A stretch of 64,000 bases of DNA from Vicugna vicugna (Eukaryota): NCBI GenBank assembly GCA_013265495.1, contig MU058337.1:1952686-2016685 (forward strand). Direction: 5' to 3'. Position 1 is the stretch's first letter; the number at the start of each line of letters is the position of its first letter. A program made the translations under genes and the position numbers. The notes beneath the pieces were generated by a model, which was not told the DNA's origin, made no database searches, and saw only the letters and a program-made list of their open reading frames with translations. This document shows positions 9,518 to 22,450 of this stretch, piece by piece.

Positions 9518-12500
9518 TGGCTGCTGCTTCTATCCGCCTCCTCATTTGTGAACTATTTGTAGGTTGGCCAAGAAGAGAAAGAACTGCCCCTAATGGGCAT
9601 TTGCCGGAACAAAAGGGAGATCTTTGCCTGCTCCAGGAGGCACAGGGCAGTGGTGATCAGAGGCGGCTGGCTCCCCGGGTTCAGCCTGGACCCCCTCCCT
9701 TCCAGGCCCCGTGACCGAGCTCAGTCCACCATCTGGCTCAGCGTCCAGCTGCTGGGAGGTGGTACGCAGCCCGAGCCCCTCGCTCATTTCTTGGTTCACA
9801 GGCAGACGGGAGTTTGTAGTTTCTACCGAAATCACACCTGCAGCCCACACAGCCCTCAGGGGCCAGGGCCGAGATGCACCCTTCCGCATGCTTGCACTGC
9901 TGCACGGCTCTGCCTTCCCGCCTTCCTGCCTTCCTCTGCAGTTTTAAGGGGGTGTTTGGTTTTCAGTAACTTTTCACTGTGGAGGTGTTGGTTCAAAGGA
10001 ACTGGCAGGGTGAAGTCCCACATGTAAAAAATATAAAATCGCCCTTTGGTTGGATCGCAGATACCTGGACCTCTGTTCTGCCCCATCACCCGGGAGGTGG
10101 GCCGGGGTGCTGAGTGTGGTGTGTGGGGCGGGCGTGGGAGCCCACCTCTGCCGGGTGACAGTGACCTCATGGAACCGCCATCCCAGAAACACTCTGGAAA
10201 CCCCATTAGGCGCGGGGCCTGTGTCCTGAGTACAATTCTAAGACTGTTCTTACACTGCAAGGGTCAGTACTGCTGGCAGGTGTTTCTTCTTGAGTCTTGA
10301 GGGCAAGTGCATTAACTGTAGTTTATCCTTCAGCTGAGTTCAGCAGGAATGAGACAGGTCTTAGGAATTCAAGGGTGTGCGAAGGGGACAGGCCACCTGA
10401 GGAGAGGGTGGTGAGGAGCAGAGGGTCTGTCTGGTGTCAGAGAAAAGAGAGACACCAGCGAGGCACCCAGATGAGCTTTCTCCCTTTCAAAACTGTCCAA
10501 GGCGATCCTGTTCTCCACGCTTGGGCTGGGTGACGGGCAGTGCCCCGTTCTTTTGCCTCTTAATCGTAATTCCAGAACTAGCCCCCAGCCCAGAGGAAGA
10601 GCAGGGGAACCCCAGCTAACAAACGCCCAGGCACAGTCAACAGGGTGTTACAAACAGATTTTAAATTTTCTTTAAGAGTGTTCTGATTATGCTACTTTCC
10701 TCAACTGAGACTTTTTTAAAAGTCCTAAAACAGCCAACAGTGTTTCTTTCTTCCCTCAGGCCTCCCTGAATGGAAAGGAAATTCTCGGCAAGATAAATCT
10801 ATTTTTCCCACCCTTTTCCTTTGCCATTGTTGTTGGCCTTTTAAAAGTCTTTCTGGTTCCTATAACTTAAAAGTCTGTTGTCTACTAGCTCCAAGAATTC
10901 CTGCATCACTTGATATAACAAATGGTATTAGGTTGATCTCTTGGTCAGTATTCTTTGGTGTCTACAATTTTAATTAAAGTTAGCAAGTGAGTTGTGTTGA
11001 GTGGGAATAAGTTGTGGATCTCAAATGTTTCTCCTTTTTGAGATAATTTGCTTCACATTCGTTCATTAACCAGATGATGTTTAACATTTAAATGTTTGAT
11101 TCTTCATCCTGAAAAGTAATTTGACGCTAGTCTGAATGCCTAAAATTCATTCTGGATTTTCTTCAAAACTTTCAGGATTTAATAGCTCAATCTGTACTCC
11201 GTGCCAGCCCACCCACAGTGTCAGCAGAGATGGAATCTCTGATATGGTGTAGTTTTTCAAGACCTGTTATGTTATTTTCTATTAGGCTCTATAAATATTT
11301 CAGTGCATGTCCAAACAGAACACCAGTTGAGAAAAAAACCATTGGTTTGACCTAATGTGATATTATTTCTTATGAGATAATATTTAATGTGAAAAATGCA
11401 TGATAAATGCAGTTAATACTTCAAATACCTTTTATACGACCGCCAAGCAAAACTTAATTCAAGTGTATAATAAAAGCTTAAAATACCATCTGTTTTATTG
11501 TGATCATTTTGGTACAGCACGTGTCAGGGACATATCTGGATGGAAACCGTTCCGTAAGCTAATTGTGTTTTGCTGCTGAATTACATAGCTTGAAAGGCAA
11601 TGGGGTAGGAATGAAATACTTGAAAAGATGTGAAACACATATTAATGTTCTTCTTTGACTGGAAGGCTTGGATGCTGTCTTTATAAAGATTGGCTTTTTA
11701 TGTGGTATCAATCAGTGACTATAAATGCAGAATGGTTAATAAGGTCTTCTAATCTATACTGCCAGAATTGTGAGCTGGATTTTTGCGAAAGCCAGAGACA
11801 GTTTTGTCGGGCTGGGCAATCAAATGGCCGGAGGATTAATCACCCATAACACTGGAAAAGGCACACATCTGTGTTCTCTGATTAGTTTCTACCTTTCCGT
11901 GAACCCCTTTTGAGATATTTCATAGAGATATTTTAACCTGTAGGGTGACACTATCTTCTGTGGATACAGATTCTGCTGGTGTGAATTAATCATCTTTGTT
12001 AACTTTACCCTAATGTAAATTAACTTAACCACCACCTCTTTCTCAGTCTCTCTGGTCACAGAATGAGAACTAGGATGGAGGCTGGAAAGAATGAACATCT
12101 CCCTTCCAGTCCAGCCTCCACCTGGGGGCTCTGAGTAGCCAAGCGCTAGCGGGAGGGCTCTGGGTACCTGGGGAGGGGAGTGAATGGGGGAAGGACACCT
12201 AGAAAGGCAGGCTGACTCTTCAGAACTGAACAGACATGTTTAAAGACTTCCCCCAGTTTAATATTTTCTTCTAGAACTGCCCTTGAGAACATAACTGCGT
12301 ATTCCCAAAACATCTGAGCACACTGTAGACCAAAAAACAAAAGCATTTGGTACCACGTGTGCTGGATTTCACACTTGAAAATCGGATGTTCCAGTGTTTC
12401 CTTTCAAAACTTCTTAACACAACAAAAACAAAAATGCAAAAGCATAAACACAGAGAAACAAAAGAAAGAAACTGCAAAGCATCAAAGGAATTTGTTGTTG

Positions 12501-15055
12501 TTAATGTGGAAGCAGGAAAAATAAGGAACAGAAAACACCTTCCCAAATCTTTACCCTCCTCGATTTAGTTTCTTACAGATATTTTTTCCCACCAAAGTTG
12601 CAGAGTGCACTGAAGGTTTCTCAACTCTTTTGTTCCAGGGATTTATCGCTGTGAGGATTTCTCCTCTGCTCTGATTTAGTGTCCGGGTGGTGGCACCCCC
12701 TATGGAAAAAGAATCTCTTGACAAGCCGGGGCAGTCTTGGCCCCTGGAGGTCTTCCAGTAATAGAGTCAGGCCCGTGCGGGGAGGAAGGCATTCAGCTTT
12801 GAGGGCCTCCTTTGTGTGTCTCTGTCCTCTGCACACTCAAAGCTGTTCTGATAAAACCACTCTTGTGTCTCCCGACCTCGGTGTGCTGAGCCGGTGCAGC
12901 CAAGGGAGAGAGCACTGATGGGAGATGGAAGGGCCCGGATGCTGGCTGGGAATACTGGGTGTGGGAGTGGGCTGGAGCCGAGAGCTGAGGGTTACGTGGG
13001 GAGGGACTGGCAGCCTTGGGCAGGGTGGTTCCAGGGCTGCTGCTTCAGGTGAGTAAAGCACGTGGGAGTAAATTCCAGGCTGCGTTCAGACGGCAGGAGC
13101 AGCATCCTCAGGTTCCTGCTGTTTCCTTTGATTCACTGGCTACCGCAGGACTCTGGAGATCTGGGGCGGTGTGACAGTTCCCACGTCCCTGTGTTCCACG
13201 GTGACATCCTGCAGGGAGAGAGCTCAGCCTGGATGTGGGTAGGCTCACAGAAGTCCAGCCATGCTCTGTAATAACCGCTCTTAAATTAGGACGGCTTTCA
13301 ATAAGATCAGCCCTTCCCGGGCCCCCGAGGCAGACGGGGCATATGTTGAACAACTTGCAAGAGTCACTGTTTATCCCAGGTGAGACGCTGATCCCAGCGA
13401 CTTCAGCATCCTCCACAATTAATGGGACCTCAGCTGCCTCTCCCTTCGCTTTCCTATTCTCTTCCCGAGACACCCCGCACCCTCGGGACGCCAGCCTCGG
13501 GCCTGCTAGAGTTAACCCCAACTTTGGTCTTTTGCTCAGATGTGAAATTTATTCCTCCCATCAAACATTTTATTTATTTTACTCTGTAGCCATTTCCTAG
13601 GATTGAGGTGATCATTTACTTGACAGTAAACTGTGAAACTTTTTAACTATTTTATTCAACATGGGAAGCCTGGACAGACATCTAAATATGTCCTCAATAA
13701 TGTGGGGGAACCTCATCCTTGGGGCCAACTCTTGAGAAAGATTGGGATCTCTCTTTCTAGCCAACGACCAAGGCAATGAACTTGAAAAGTGTTGCTGGAT
13801 GCACAATGAATTGGAAACACAACGTGTAAAAAGATGTTTTCATGTATATCTCATTTCAAGCCACTCATCTGAAATATCTGATGCACATGATCTGTTGAAG
13901 ACTTTTAAATGGCAACAGATGTGGTCATTGGTCCACACACCCACCTGCCAAACCGCATTTGATCAGGACACAGATGCACATTCCAGGTATGTCCTCTGTG
14001 ACGCTTCTTAGCCATTCTCTCCTCCAGGGCAAAGGCAAGGAGGAGCCAAGCATACATCCAGGGCAGACCCATTCAGTGCCCCACCCTTTCCTCCCCTCCG
14101 GACTGGATAAGACAATGGTCATTAAGCAATGTCCAGCTGCTTGCAGATTTTAGAATCCCAGCCTGACTTTCCTTAGAAACACACACAACACCATGCTCCC
14201 TGCTGTGCTCTGTCCGCATTGTCCCTGCTGGTGCTCAGGAGTGAGCTTATCCGCTGCATGGGCTCTGATGATTTTACAAGGCTAATAATCTCTTTGCAGA
14301 AACAAACACAAACAAATAAACTGTGGGGCTGGAATATTATTTCATTTTAAGATACGTATTTGTGACTTTGAGAAGCAGAGAACCATGGTAGGTAATTTGT
14401 AACGTTCCAAACAGAGGCACAGACACTTAGGGTGTCTATGGCCAAGCTTCTGAATCACTCCTTTCTGTCTGATGGGGACAATAGTAGGTCTCTCTTAAGA
14501 ATCTCAGTGGTGCCCAGTAAGCAAGCATCACCTGTTTTTAGAATTTTTCATGGTATTGTGTACACAGTAGGGATGAATGAGCAGTGAGAAGCGCTGTTTT
14601 CCTTTGCTAGGAGAATACCGCATGGAAGAAACATGAGACGATCCTTCTTTAGCCAGACTTCCTTTGCCCCAAGGTTTATGCCCAGACGGGTAGAAGCTGA
14701 TGTGCTGGTGCTGCACCCCAGATTCTGCTCTGGGACCATCACTGAAAGGACATTTCACCTGAAGCAGCTTGGTGCATGTTGTTAGTGTGGAGCTGGTAAT
14801 TTTGTCATGGGTAGAGGGGTTTCTCTCTGCCCACTCCCCTGTCTGCCTTCCCTGCCTTTTCTTTTATTACCACATTCTCACGTAGAACCTATGTGGTATT
14901 TAATCAGTGTAGAGACCTCTTCTGCTCCCAGATGCCCTGATCCATTTACCATGGTATCCCAAATGTTCTGAGGTTGACGTCTCAACCAGTTTATAGGAAT
15001 AAACATATTGACATACGTCCTAACATTCATGGGCTCTCATCTTTGAGTGTGTTTC

Positions 15056-15345
15056 TGTCTTAGTCCCTTTGGGCTGCTACAACAGAAATGCCATAGACTG
15101 GGTGGCTTAGAAACATGGAAATTTCTTTCTCACAGTCCTTGGGGCTGGAAAGTCCAAGATCAAGAATCCAGCAGGTTTGGTGTCTGGTGGGGGTGCTTCC
15201 TGGTTCATAGTCAGCAGGTTTCCTCATTTGGCAGAAGCAGCAAGAGAGCTCTCTGGGGTCTCTCTTATCAGGGCACTAGCTCCCTCATGGCCTAATCACA
15301 CCTCTCAATACCACCACCTTGAAGATGAAGTTACAATAGGCATTT
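15056..15345 (-). mobile_element. MLT1A-like MaLR LTR
   Basis: tgtcttagtcc...gggctgctacaacagaaatgccatagactgggtggctta...ggctggaaagtccaagatcaag...gagctctctggggtctctcttat. Confidence 0.88.
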
Positions 15346-15374
15346 CCAGGCTACAGCAGTGGCTATTTGCACAG

Positions 15375-15550
15375 TACAGTGATTAGGAACTGGGGTGGAT
15401 ATCTGGCTGTCACCATTACTAGCTGTGTGACCCTAAACAAGTAACTTCTTTGTGCCTCAGTCCCCATGGCTGTGGAATGAGTATAACCATAGAGCCAATT
15501 TGATACGTACATTACGAGGTTTCAGTGAGATTCATGGGAAGCATTTGGCC
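15375..15550 (+). mobile_element. MIR SINE
   Basis: MIR core: ttactagctgtgtgaccctaaacaagtaact...tgtgcctcagt. Confidence 0.75.
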
Positions 15551-17036
15551 TGAGCCATGCTTCTTTTTTGTACTGAATGGCCACTTGCTCTGGGCACTAG
15601 GCCAGCATTTTGACACATCTGCTTCCTATATCAGGAATAGGAGCTCCTGGCTAGTCTGGCAAACCCAGAGAATCTGAGCGGTGGGTGGACCCCAGTGGCT
15701 CCCTGTCACACCTCAAGGTTCAGGGAGCTTCTTCAGATCAGGACTTGTGCCACTTATCAGCGTCCAGTGCTGTCCTTGGTTCTTTAAAGGCAATGAGTAG
15801 AAGTATGTTTGCTGAACTGGACTGATCTGAGTCACTCAGCCCATCCATGACGTGATGCTGAGAGCGAAGCAGGTGAGTACCATCAAGGTCACCATCGAGG
15901 ATGCTGAGTGAAGCCGGACAAAGATTCTTCTCTGCTCTCCTGAGGACACACCCTCCTCTGAGTTCCATCGCCAGCCAGTGTCCGCATTCGAGAACCACTC
16001 ACTGTCCTCTGGTCCATCTGACCACCTGCTCCTCCTCGGAGAGTGACTCATGGACACTGAATCCCTCGGAAGGACAATTACAAACAAGCTTAGCAAGGTG
16101 GAGCAATCCAACAATCAGCTAACTGGGCAGCCTGCCTCGTTTTCCCCGAGCTCTCCCCGATTTCTTTTGGATTCTAGGAAAGCGGAAGAGAAAAGATATT
16201 TTCAAGGCAGGCTTAACTAGCATTCAGTGAACGGTTAATGGAATAAGCGTTCTTGCCCACACCTGGAAAGATCTCCCTTGACTATTTCTGCATTTATATT
16301 TTATACGGTAAAGCCTTTTAGCCGCAGGGAGATAGTCAGAGCTGATCTGTCCTAAGGCAGTGATACGACGACTTTTCCTGCATGAAAAACTTTCTTGGTC
16401 TGATGTTGACAGGCAGCTAAAACGGGCAGATGAGGTCCGTGTGGATGTTTATTTCAGTTACGGACGCCGCCGTGGATGGAATCATTCCGTGGCAAAGTAG
16501 GTTTCCTTGGGAGCTTTCCTTTTGGAAGTTTTGCTCTTGGAACTACAAACATCTGCCCAGGGCAAATAGCTAAATAGCTGTAATTTTCTAGCCTGGTCCT
16601 ATTTTTGGCTTCCAGTGCCGGAGGCATGTGAACACCCATGCTGGATGGAGGCTGGATTCTCGTGGAGATTTGGGGAACCTAAGAGAACCAGGCTGTTTTA
16701 GATCAATTGCTCCCCATGCTTGAAGGGCTAGTAAAAACAGGTTATAATGTTTACATGACTTTTTATGGGTCAGCGTTTATTGCCGCTCTCTTCAATGGCC
16801 TCCAGTGAAGGAACATTTTACAAGATTTTCTTGCATTTGACAGTTCTGTTTCAGTGTATCTGGAAAAGGGAAGTGTTTTTTTTTTTCCTTCCTTTCATTC
16901 TCTTTTGCTCTCTGTTTTATTTTTTCCCTTTCAAGAGGAATGAGCTGAGAAGGCTCCCTAATTCCAAATCATATTTCTTTTTTAAATTTAGTTTTAATTT
17001 AAATTTTTTCTTTTTAGTTTTGGAAATAGTTTACTC

Positions 17037-17292
17037 TTTTTTTTTATTGAAGTACTGTCAGTTACAACGTGTCAGTCTCTGGTGTGCAGCACAAAGTCCC
17101 AGTCATGCATATACACACATATATTCATTTTCATACTCTTCCTTATTAAAGGTTATTACAAGATATTGAATACAGTTCCTTGTGCTATACAGAAATTTTT
17201 TAAAATCTATTTTTATATATAGTGGCTAACATTTGCAAATCTCAAACTCCCAAATTTATCCCTTCCCACCCCCTTTCCCCGGTAGCCATAAG
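17037..17292 (-). mobile_element. Short 5'-truncated L1 3' end
   Basis: tttttattgaagta...ggttattacaagatattgaatacagttccttgtgctatacag...tttatcccttcccacccc; same 3'UTR family as 7975. Confidence 0.9.
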
Positions 17293-17729
17293 ATTATTTT
17301 GTCTGTTTCAAGCCGTATTTCTCTTACTTGGCTATAAACCATGTTGGACCCAAGATGCTATGGATGTTCAGAGACACTGTATGATTTCAAAGGATTTTTC
17401 ATCTTCCTTTGGAGGTTCGCATACATACGACTTATAAACAGAAGGGCATTTTAACTTAACCAGGAGATGACCGTATTTGCATAACCGTCGGGGAATGCTT
17501 CCCTGCTCTGCATTAGTCAGCAGCACTGAGTGGCCCAGAGCCCAGACTGGAGAGCTGGCAGCCCCACACAGCAGCATGTCCCACCATTTGCTTGTTTGCT
17601 TCTCAGGCAGACTTCCTAACCTTCCTGAGCTTGGAATTGGTGACGCCTACCTACAAGATCATGATTAGGGGTGAAAAATGAAATTGTGCATGAGTTAAGC
17701 AAATGGGAATGACTGTGTCAGTCAGGATT

Positions 17730-18270
17730 TTATTAATCAGCTATTCATGAACACCTGCTATGTGTTGGACACTGTCTTGGACCTTAAAGCAAGTGGATAA
17801 AGTCATGGTCCCTGTTCTCAAGTTCTGCTGGGGAAGAGACAGCACGCAGACAGATGTCTGCCAGTGTTAAGGGAATGGAGAGAAAGAAGGGAGGGTGAGA
17901 CAGGAGTGACCCTTACTGTGTTATTTCAGTCGATGGTCTAGAAAAGCCTATGATGAGATGACAGTTGAACAGAAGCCTAAATTTAGTGGCTGATTCAGCC
18001 TTGAAGCAATCTGAGGCACAACGTACCAGGTAGAGGGACAGGAAGTGCAAAGGCCCTGGGGCAGTGTTGTGGAGCAGCTGGGTGGTCAGAGAGTTGGACC
18101 CACGGTCTAAGGGGTGGGAGATGACACTAGAGTGATGTCCAGAGCCAGCTCAGTTGCATCTCACGCTGTCGTAAAGACCCAGTGTTCAGTCTGAGTGTAA
18201 CAGCAATTGGAGGCTGGGAACAAAAGCAAAACACAATCTGGTTTGCGTATTGAGAACAGACTATAAAGGG
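17730..18270 (-). mobile_element. L2 LINE remnant
   Basis: cacctgctatgtgttggacactgt...catggtccctgttctcaag...ccaggtagagggacaggaagtgcaaaggccctggggcag. Confidence 0.75.
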
Positions 18271-21239
18271 GAAAGAGAAGGAGCTGGGAAAAAAGCAGAC
18301 CCCTTCGATACATAACGGGGTGAGGGCAACGCCAGTGCCAACAGCCTAGTTCTCTGGAAGTTAATGTTTTATTCTTCGAAGGGTCACTTGCTTTTATTAG
18401 TGTGAGGCTTTGTTTTTAATCTTGAGAGCATTAATTTTATTAATTTCTGTCTTCGTCTTTTTCCTGTTATCAGCTTTGTTTTAAATATTCAACACTGTAG
18501 ACCCTCCCCTTCAATGTTGCTCTCAGCCCTTGTTTCAGAAGACTTTGATATCAGTGTATTTCTTCCATATGCACTGTGATTGGAAAAATCAAGCAGCGTG
18601 CCGAGTGTGGTGATGGGGACGCGAGTGGCTGGGGAGCTGCGAGGTGAGTCAGACAAGGGCGTGCACTTAGTTCCTGGAGGGCGGTGACCCGGACCAGGGT
18701 GTTTGGTGCCGGAGGCACCCAGCCTCCATCACAGGTCGCGTCCAACCAGCCGCAGCCCACGGAGAACTGTGACGCCCGTGGGGCGGAGCTCCTTGTCTGT
18801 GGATCAAATCCACCTACGGAGGCTTTTGAGAACACAGAAGCCATGGCACATCACATAGTTTTCCTGAGGACCTGGGCATTCAGCCGGGGTGGGGCCTGTG
18901 GTACTGGCAGCCAAGGGCGTAGCATCCAGGACGTGTTTAGTGACAAGGACACTATGGGATAATTTTCTGCATGTCTCTTCATCCATCCTTAAAACCTAAG
19001 CATCGAAAATAACTGTTTTTATCTTGGGAATCTTAGAGAAGGCCAGTCTTCAGAGCTGTCCTTACGTTGCCTGTAGGCGACGCGGAGAGCTGTCTGCAGG
19101 CTGTGATGTGAAGGGGGCCTGGCCAGCCACCTGCCCAGCCGATCCTGTCTGAGACACCACCCCAAGGTGTGCCCGTCTTACACAGGGGACCCCTCTGAAA
19201 AGGCCAGAGGTCCTGGGAGTGATAGGAAACCGTGAACATGACTGTAGGGGTTTATCAGACCCCTCCTTTCGATGTGGTGGTTGGGGGAGTGGGAACAGCT
19301 GCCCCACGTTGGAGGTGGCAGGGAAACGGGGGACATCACCAGACTCGAGGGCTCTTTCACGCTGGAGTCCAGACAGAGGCTTTGCTGTCAAGCTGATGGA
19401 AATCTGAAGTTCAAAACCTCGCCTGCCAGGTACCTGTGACCAGGAAGCTGGCAGTGGCAGATCTAAGTGTGATAACACCCAAATCACCGCTCTGTGGTTG
19501 CCACTTGTGCGGAGGTAATTAAAATCATTTATATGGTTGGCTTCGGAGAGGCAGTCAGGGAGCTGCGTTTGTACATCCAAGCTCCTCTAATTCTGCTGTT
19601 TGAAATAGCGGGCCACCACATCTGTTAAAATATATATATATATTCTCCTGAATTTTTATGAGTTGGACTCATCACATCTCTGCTTTGGCTCAAAAAAATA
19701 GTAAAAGCTAGAATATATAACTGGTTTCCATCCCCAGGAGTGGGTACACGTATCATATTATGTGATCCTTGGAAATAGGCCCTTCCTCTGCTAAATCTAG
19801 CCATACTTGGATGTTTTCTTATGCTCAAATTGACTCTCTTTGCCAACTGCTGGACTCACTCGCACGATACAGGTGGCCAAATCAAAATCAGGAATGAACA
19901 CATGGCATAGATTGTTTTTTTTTTACCTTATCATACATAGGACAAATATTAAAAAATAGCCTTTGTGTGTTTGCTTTCTATGTGGGCCACACGCAGATGC
20001 CAAGCAATGTATTCTTTGTTTGAGTGTATAGGACGTGCTTAAAACTCTCATTGAGATTTTATTTTTTTCCATTGGGATTTTATATAAAATATTAGTTTTT
20101 CTTGGAACTTTTGGCCAATGGCACGTTTTTGGAGAAATTCTCAGACCCACATAATTCAACGTTGGCTGTCACACCTGCAGATGTCCACGTGAAAGCAAAT
20201 GATCTGAGATTCCCAGTGCAAATATAATGGAACGATGGCACAGAAATAGAGAAGGCTGCTCTGCAGGTGAAGCACGTCTGTCTTTGTGTCCCTCTCAGGT
20301 TAGAGCCCGGTGCTTGCACGTATCAACTCCTCAATAAATAAGTGCTAAATGAACAAGCAGAATTGAGTGTGTCAGGGCACACTGACCAGAATGGGGTGTA
20401 GAAAGGAAATGATGGCACCTGATAACTGTTAAAGAAGGAAGAGTGCTTCTTGCTTACACAAGAATCAGGGTAAACACAGTCATTGTCTTCATGGTTTTAG
20501 AGGCATTTAGTGGACAGACACTAGAATGTACTTTTCTCTAGAGGATCCCCTGGGGACCAAAGTCTGACCAGTTTTCCAGTTTATAAAAATGGCCTTTATG
20601 ACTGTTCAGATTGTGTAAACAACATAGAAGGTTGCTGTAAGAGCTGTAGCTTCTAACCATTAAAAATACACCAGAAGAGATTAAATGATTATTCCTCAGG
20701 TTTTGGGAAGCACAGAGTCTAAGCTGAGAGGAGGATTGGTAATCATTGTTAGAACCCGCTTCAGCCCTATGATGACATGATTTATTTGAGCCCATATATA
20801 GTAGGACCTCATTTCCTTCCCATATGGCTAAGTGTTTCTATTCAATATATTTTCATCCTTCACATAATGCTCTTAATCACAGTGGTTATGATGTTTTGGT
20901 ATCACTTGATATATGCCCATTAAATAATGATTCCAATTTTCCTAGTTGGCTTGGGGAATCAATCTCGTAATTTTAAGGTCACGCTTTGTAAAACACTTAA
21001 TGTCCTGGTGGGAGAAGTAAAGGGAAGTCCCGCAGACAGAAGTGCCCTGAGTTCTGTGTGAAAGCACCCGTAGTTTTTCTATTTGTCCCAGCTGTCCTGG
21101 GTCAGTTAAGGCACTGTAGGTGTTTTTATTTCAATTGCCTGAGTATCTCTGACAATAAGACAAACAAGAAAGAATTAACTTCTTTCTTGATGAAAGGGAA
21201 CATTTAAGTTAGAATTCCTTGTTGGAGCTCAACAGTGAT

Positions 21240-21866
21240 GGACAACACAAATGATAAATGCTGGAGAGGGTGTAGGGAAAAGGGAATCTTCCTAAACTGT
21301 TGATGGGCATATAATTTGGTGCAGCCGCTATGGAAAACAGTATGGAGACTCCTTAAAAAACTAAAAATAGACTTGCCATATGATCCAGCAGTCCCACTCC
21401 TGGGCATATATCCAGAGAAAACTCCAATTTGAAAAGTTACATGCATGTCAATGTTCATAGCAGCACTATTTACAATAGCCAAGATATGTAGTGAGTAACC
21501 TAAATATCCATCGACAGATGACTGGATAAAGATGTGGTATATTCATACAATGGAATACTACTCAGTCAATAAAGAAGAATGAAATAATGACATTTGCAGT
21601 AACATGGATGGACCTAGAGATTATCATGCTAAGTGAAGGAAGTCAGACAGAGAAAGACAAATACCATATGATATCACTTATATGTGGAGTCTAAAAAAAA
21701 TGACACAAATGAACTTATTTATAAGACAGAAATAGACTCAACAGATACGGAAAACAAACTTACAGTTACCAAAGGGGAAAGGATGAGGGGAGGGATAAAT
21801 TGGGAGTTTGAGATTTGCAGGTACTAACTACTATAATAGCTTATAATAACCTATAATGAAAAAGAA

Positions 21867-21905
<39 letters not shown>

Positions 21906-21980
21906 TTATAACTGAATCACTATGCTGTACGCTAGAAACTAACACAACACTGTAAATCAACTCTACTTCAATCTAAAAAA
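21240..21980 (+). mobile_element. L1 3' end, 5'-truncated
   Basis: aaatgctggagagggtgt...gcagccgctatggaaaacagtatgg...gttcatagcagcactatttacaatagcc...aatcaactctacttcaat followed by an A run; contains a (TG)n(TA)n microsatellite. Confidence 0.95.
21867..21905. repeat. (TG)n(TA)n compound microsatellite inside L1 3'UTR
   Basis: Directly visible. Confidence 0.9.
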
Positions 21981-21999
21981 TGGTTGACTACATAGGATA

Positions 22000-22450
22000 T
22001 GCAAAATACAAGCAATCTTTAATAAACAATTTAGTTTCTAAGACACATGGGGCATAAACATTAATACAGCACTACCTTTCAAGAAGTTTAGATTCTGGTG
22101 GGAGGAAGGCAGAATTCATACTGAAAAGACTGGTACAAGACGGGAAATTGAAAGTAATGGAAATTGTACCATTAAACTGCTAATGCAGTTCAGAAAAAGA
22201 GCCTGGAAAGACTGGAAGGCTAAGGGAAATGTGGCATTTGAGCAGGTCCCGGAGGATGTGGAGAATCCGAACATCTACAGATGGCGAGGACTCGCATCTT
22301 AGCAGCTACAACAGCGGAGCCCACACGCGGAGGTAGGGAAGCAGAAAGTGCGGAGCTGCGGCTGCCAGGCAAGAAGGGAAGTCGCGGGAGGTCACCTGCG
22401 ATGTCCGGACGTGCGACGCCCGAGACGCCGTGGAGGTGAGCTGGGCTGTG
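22000..22450 (-). mobile_element. L2 LINE remnant
   Basis: cctttcaagaagtttagattctggtggg...gtggcatttgagcaggtcc resemble L2 motifs. Confidence 0.5.
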
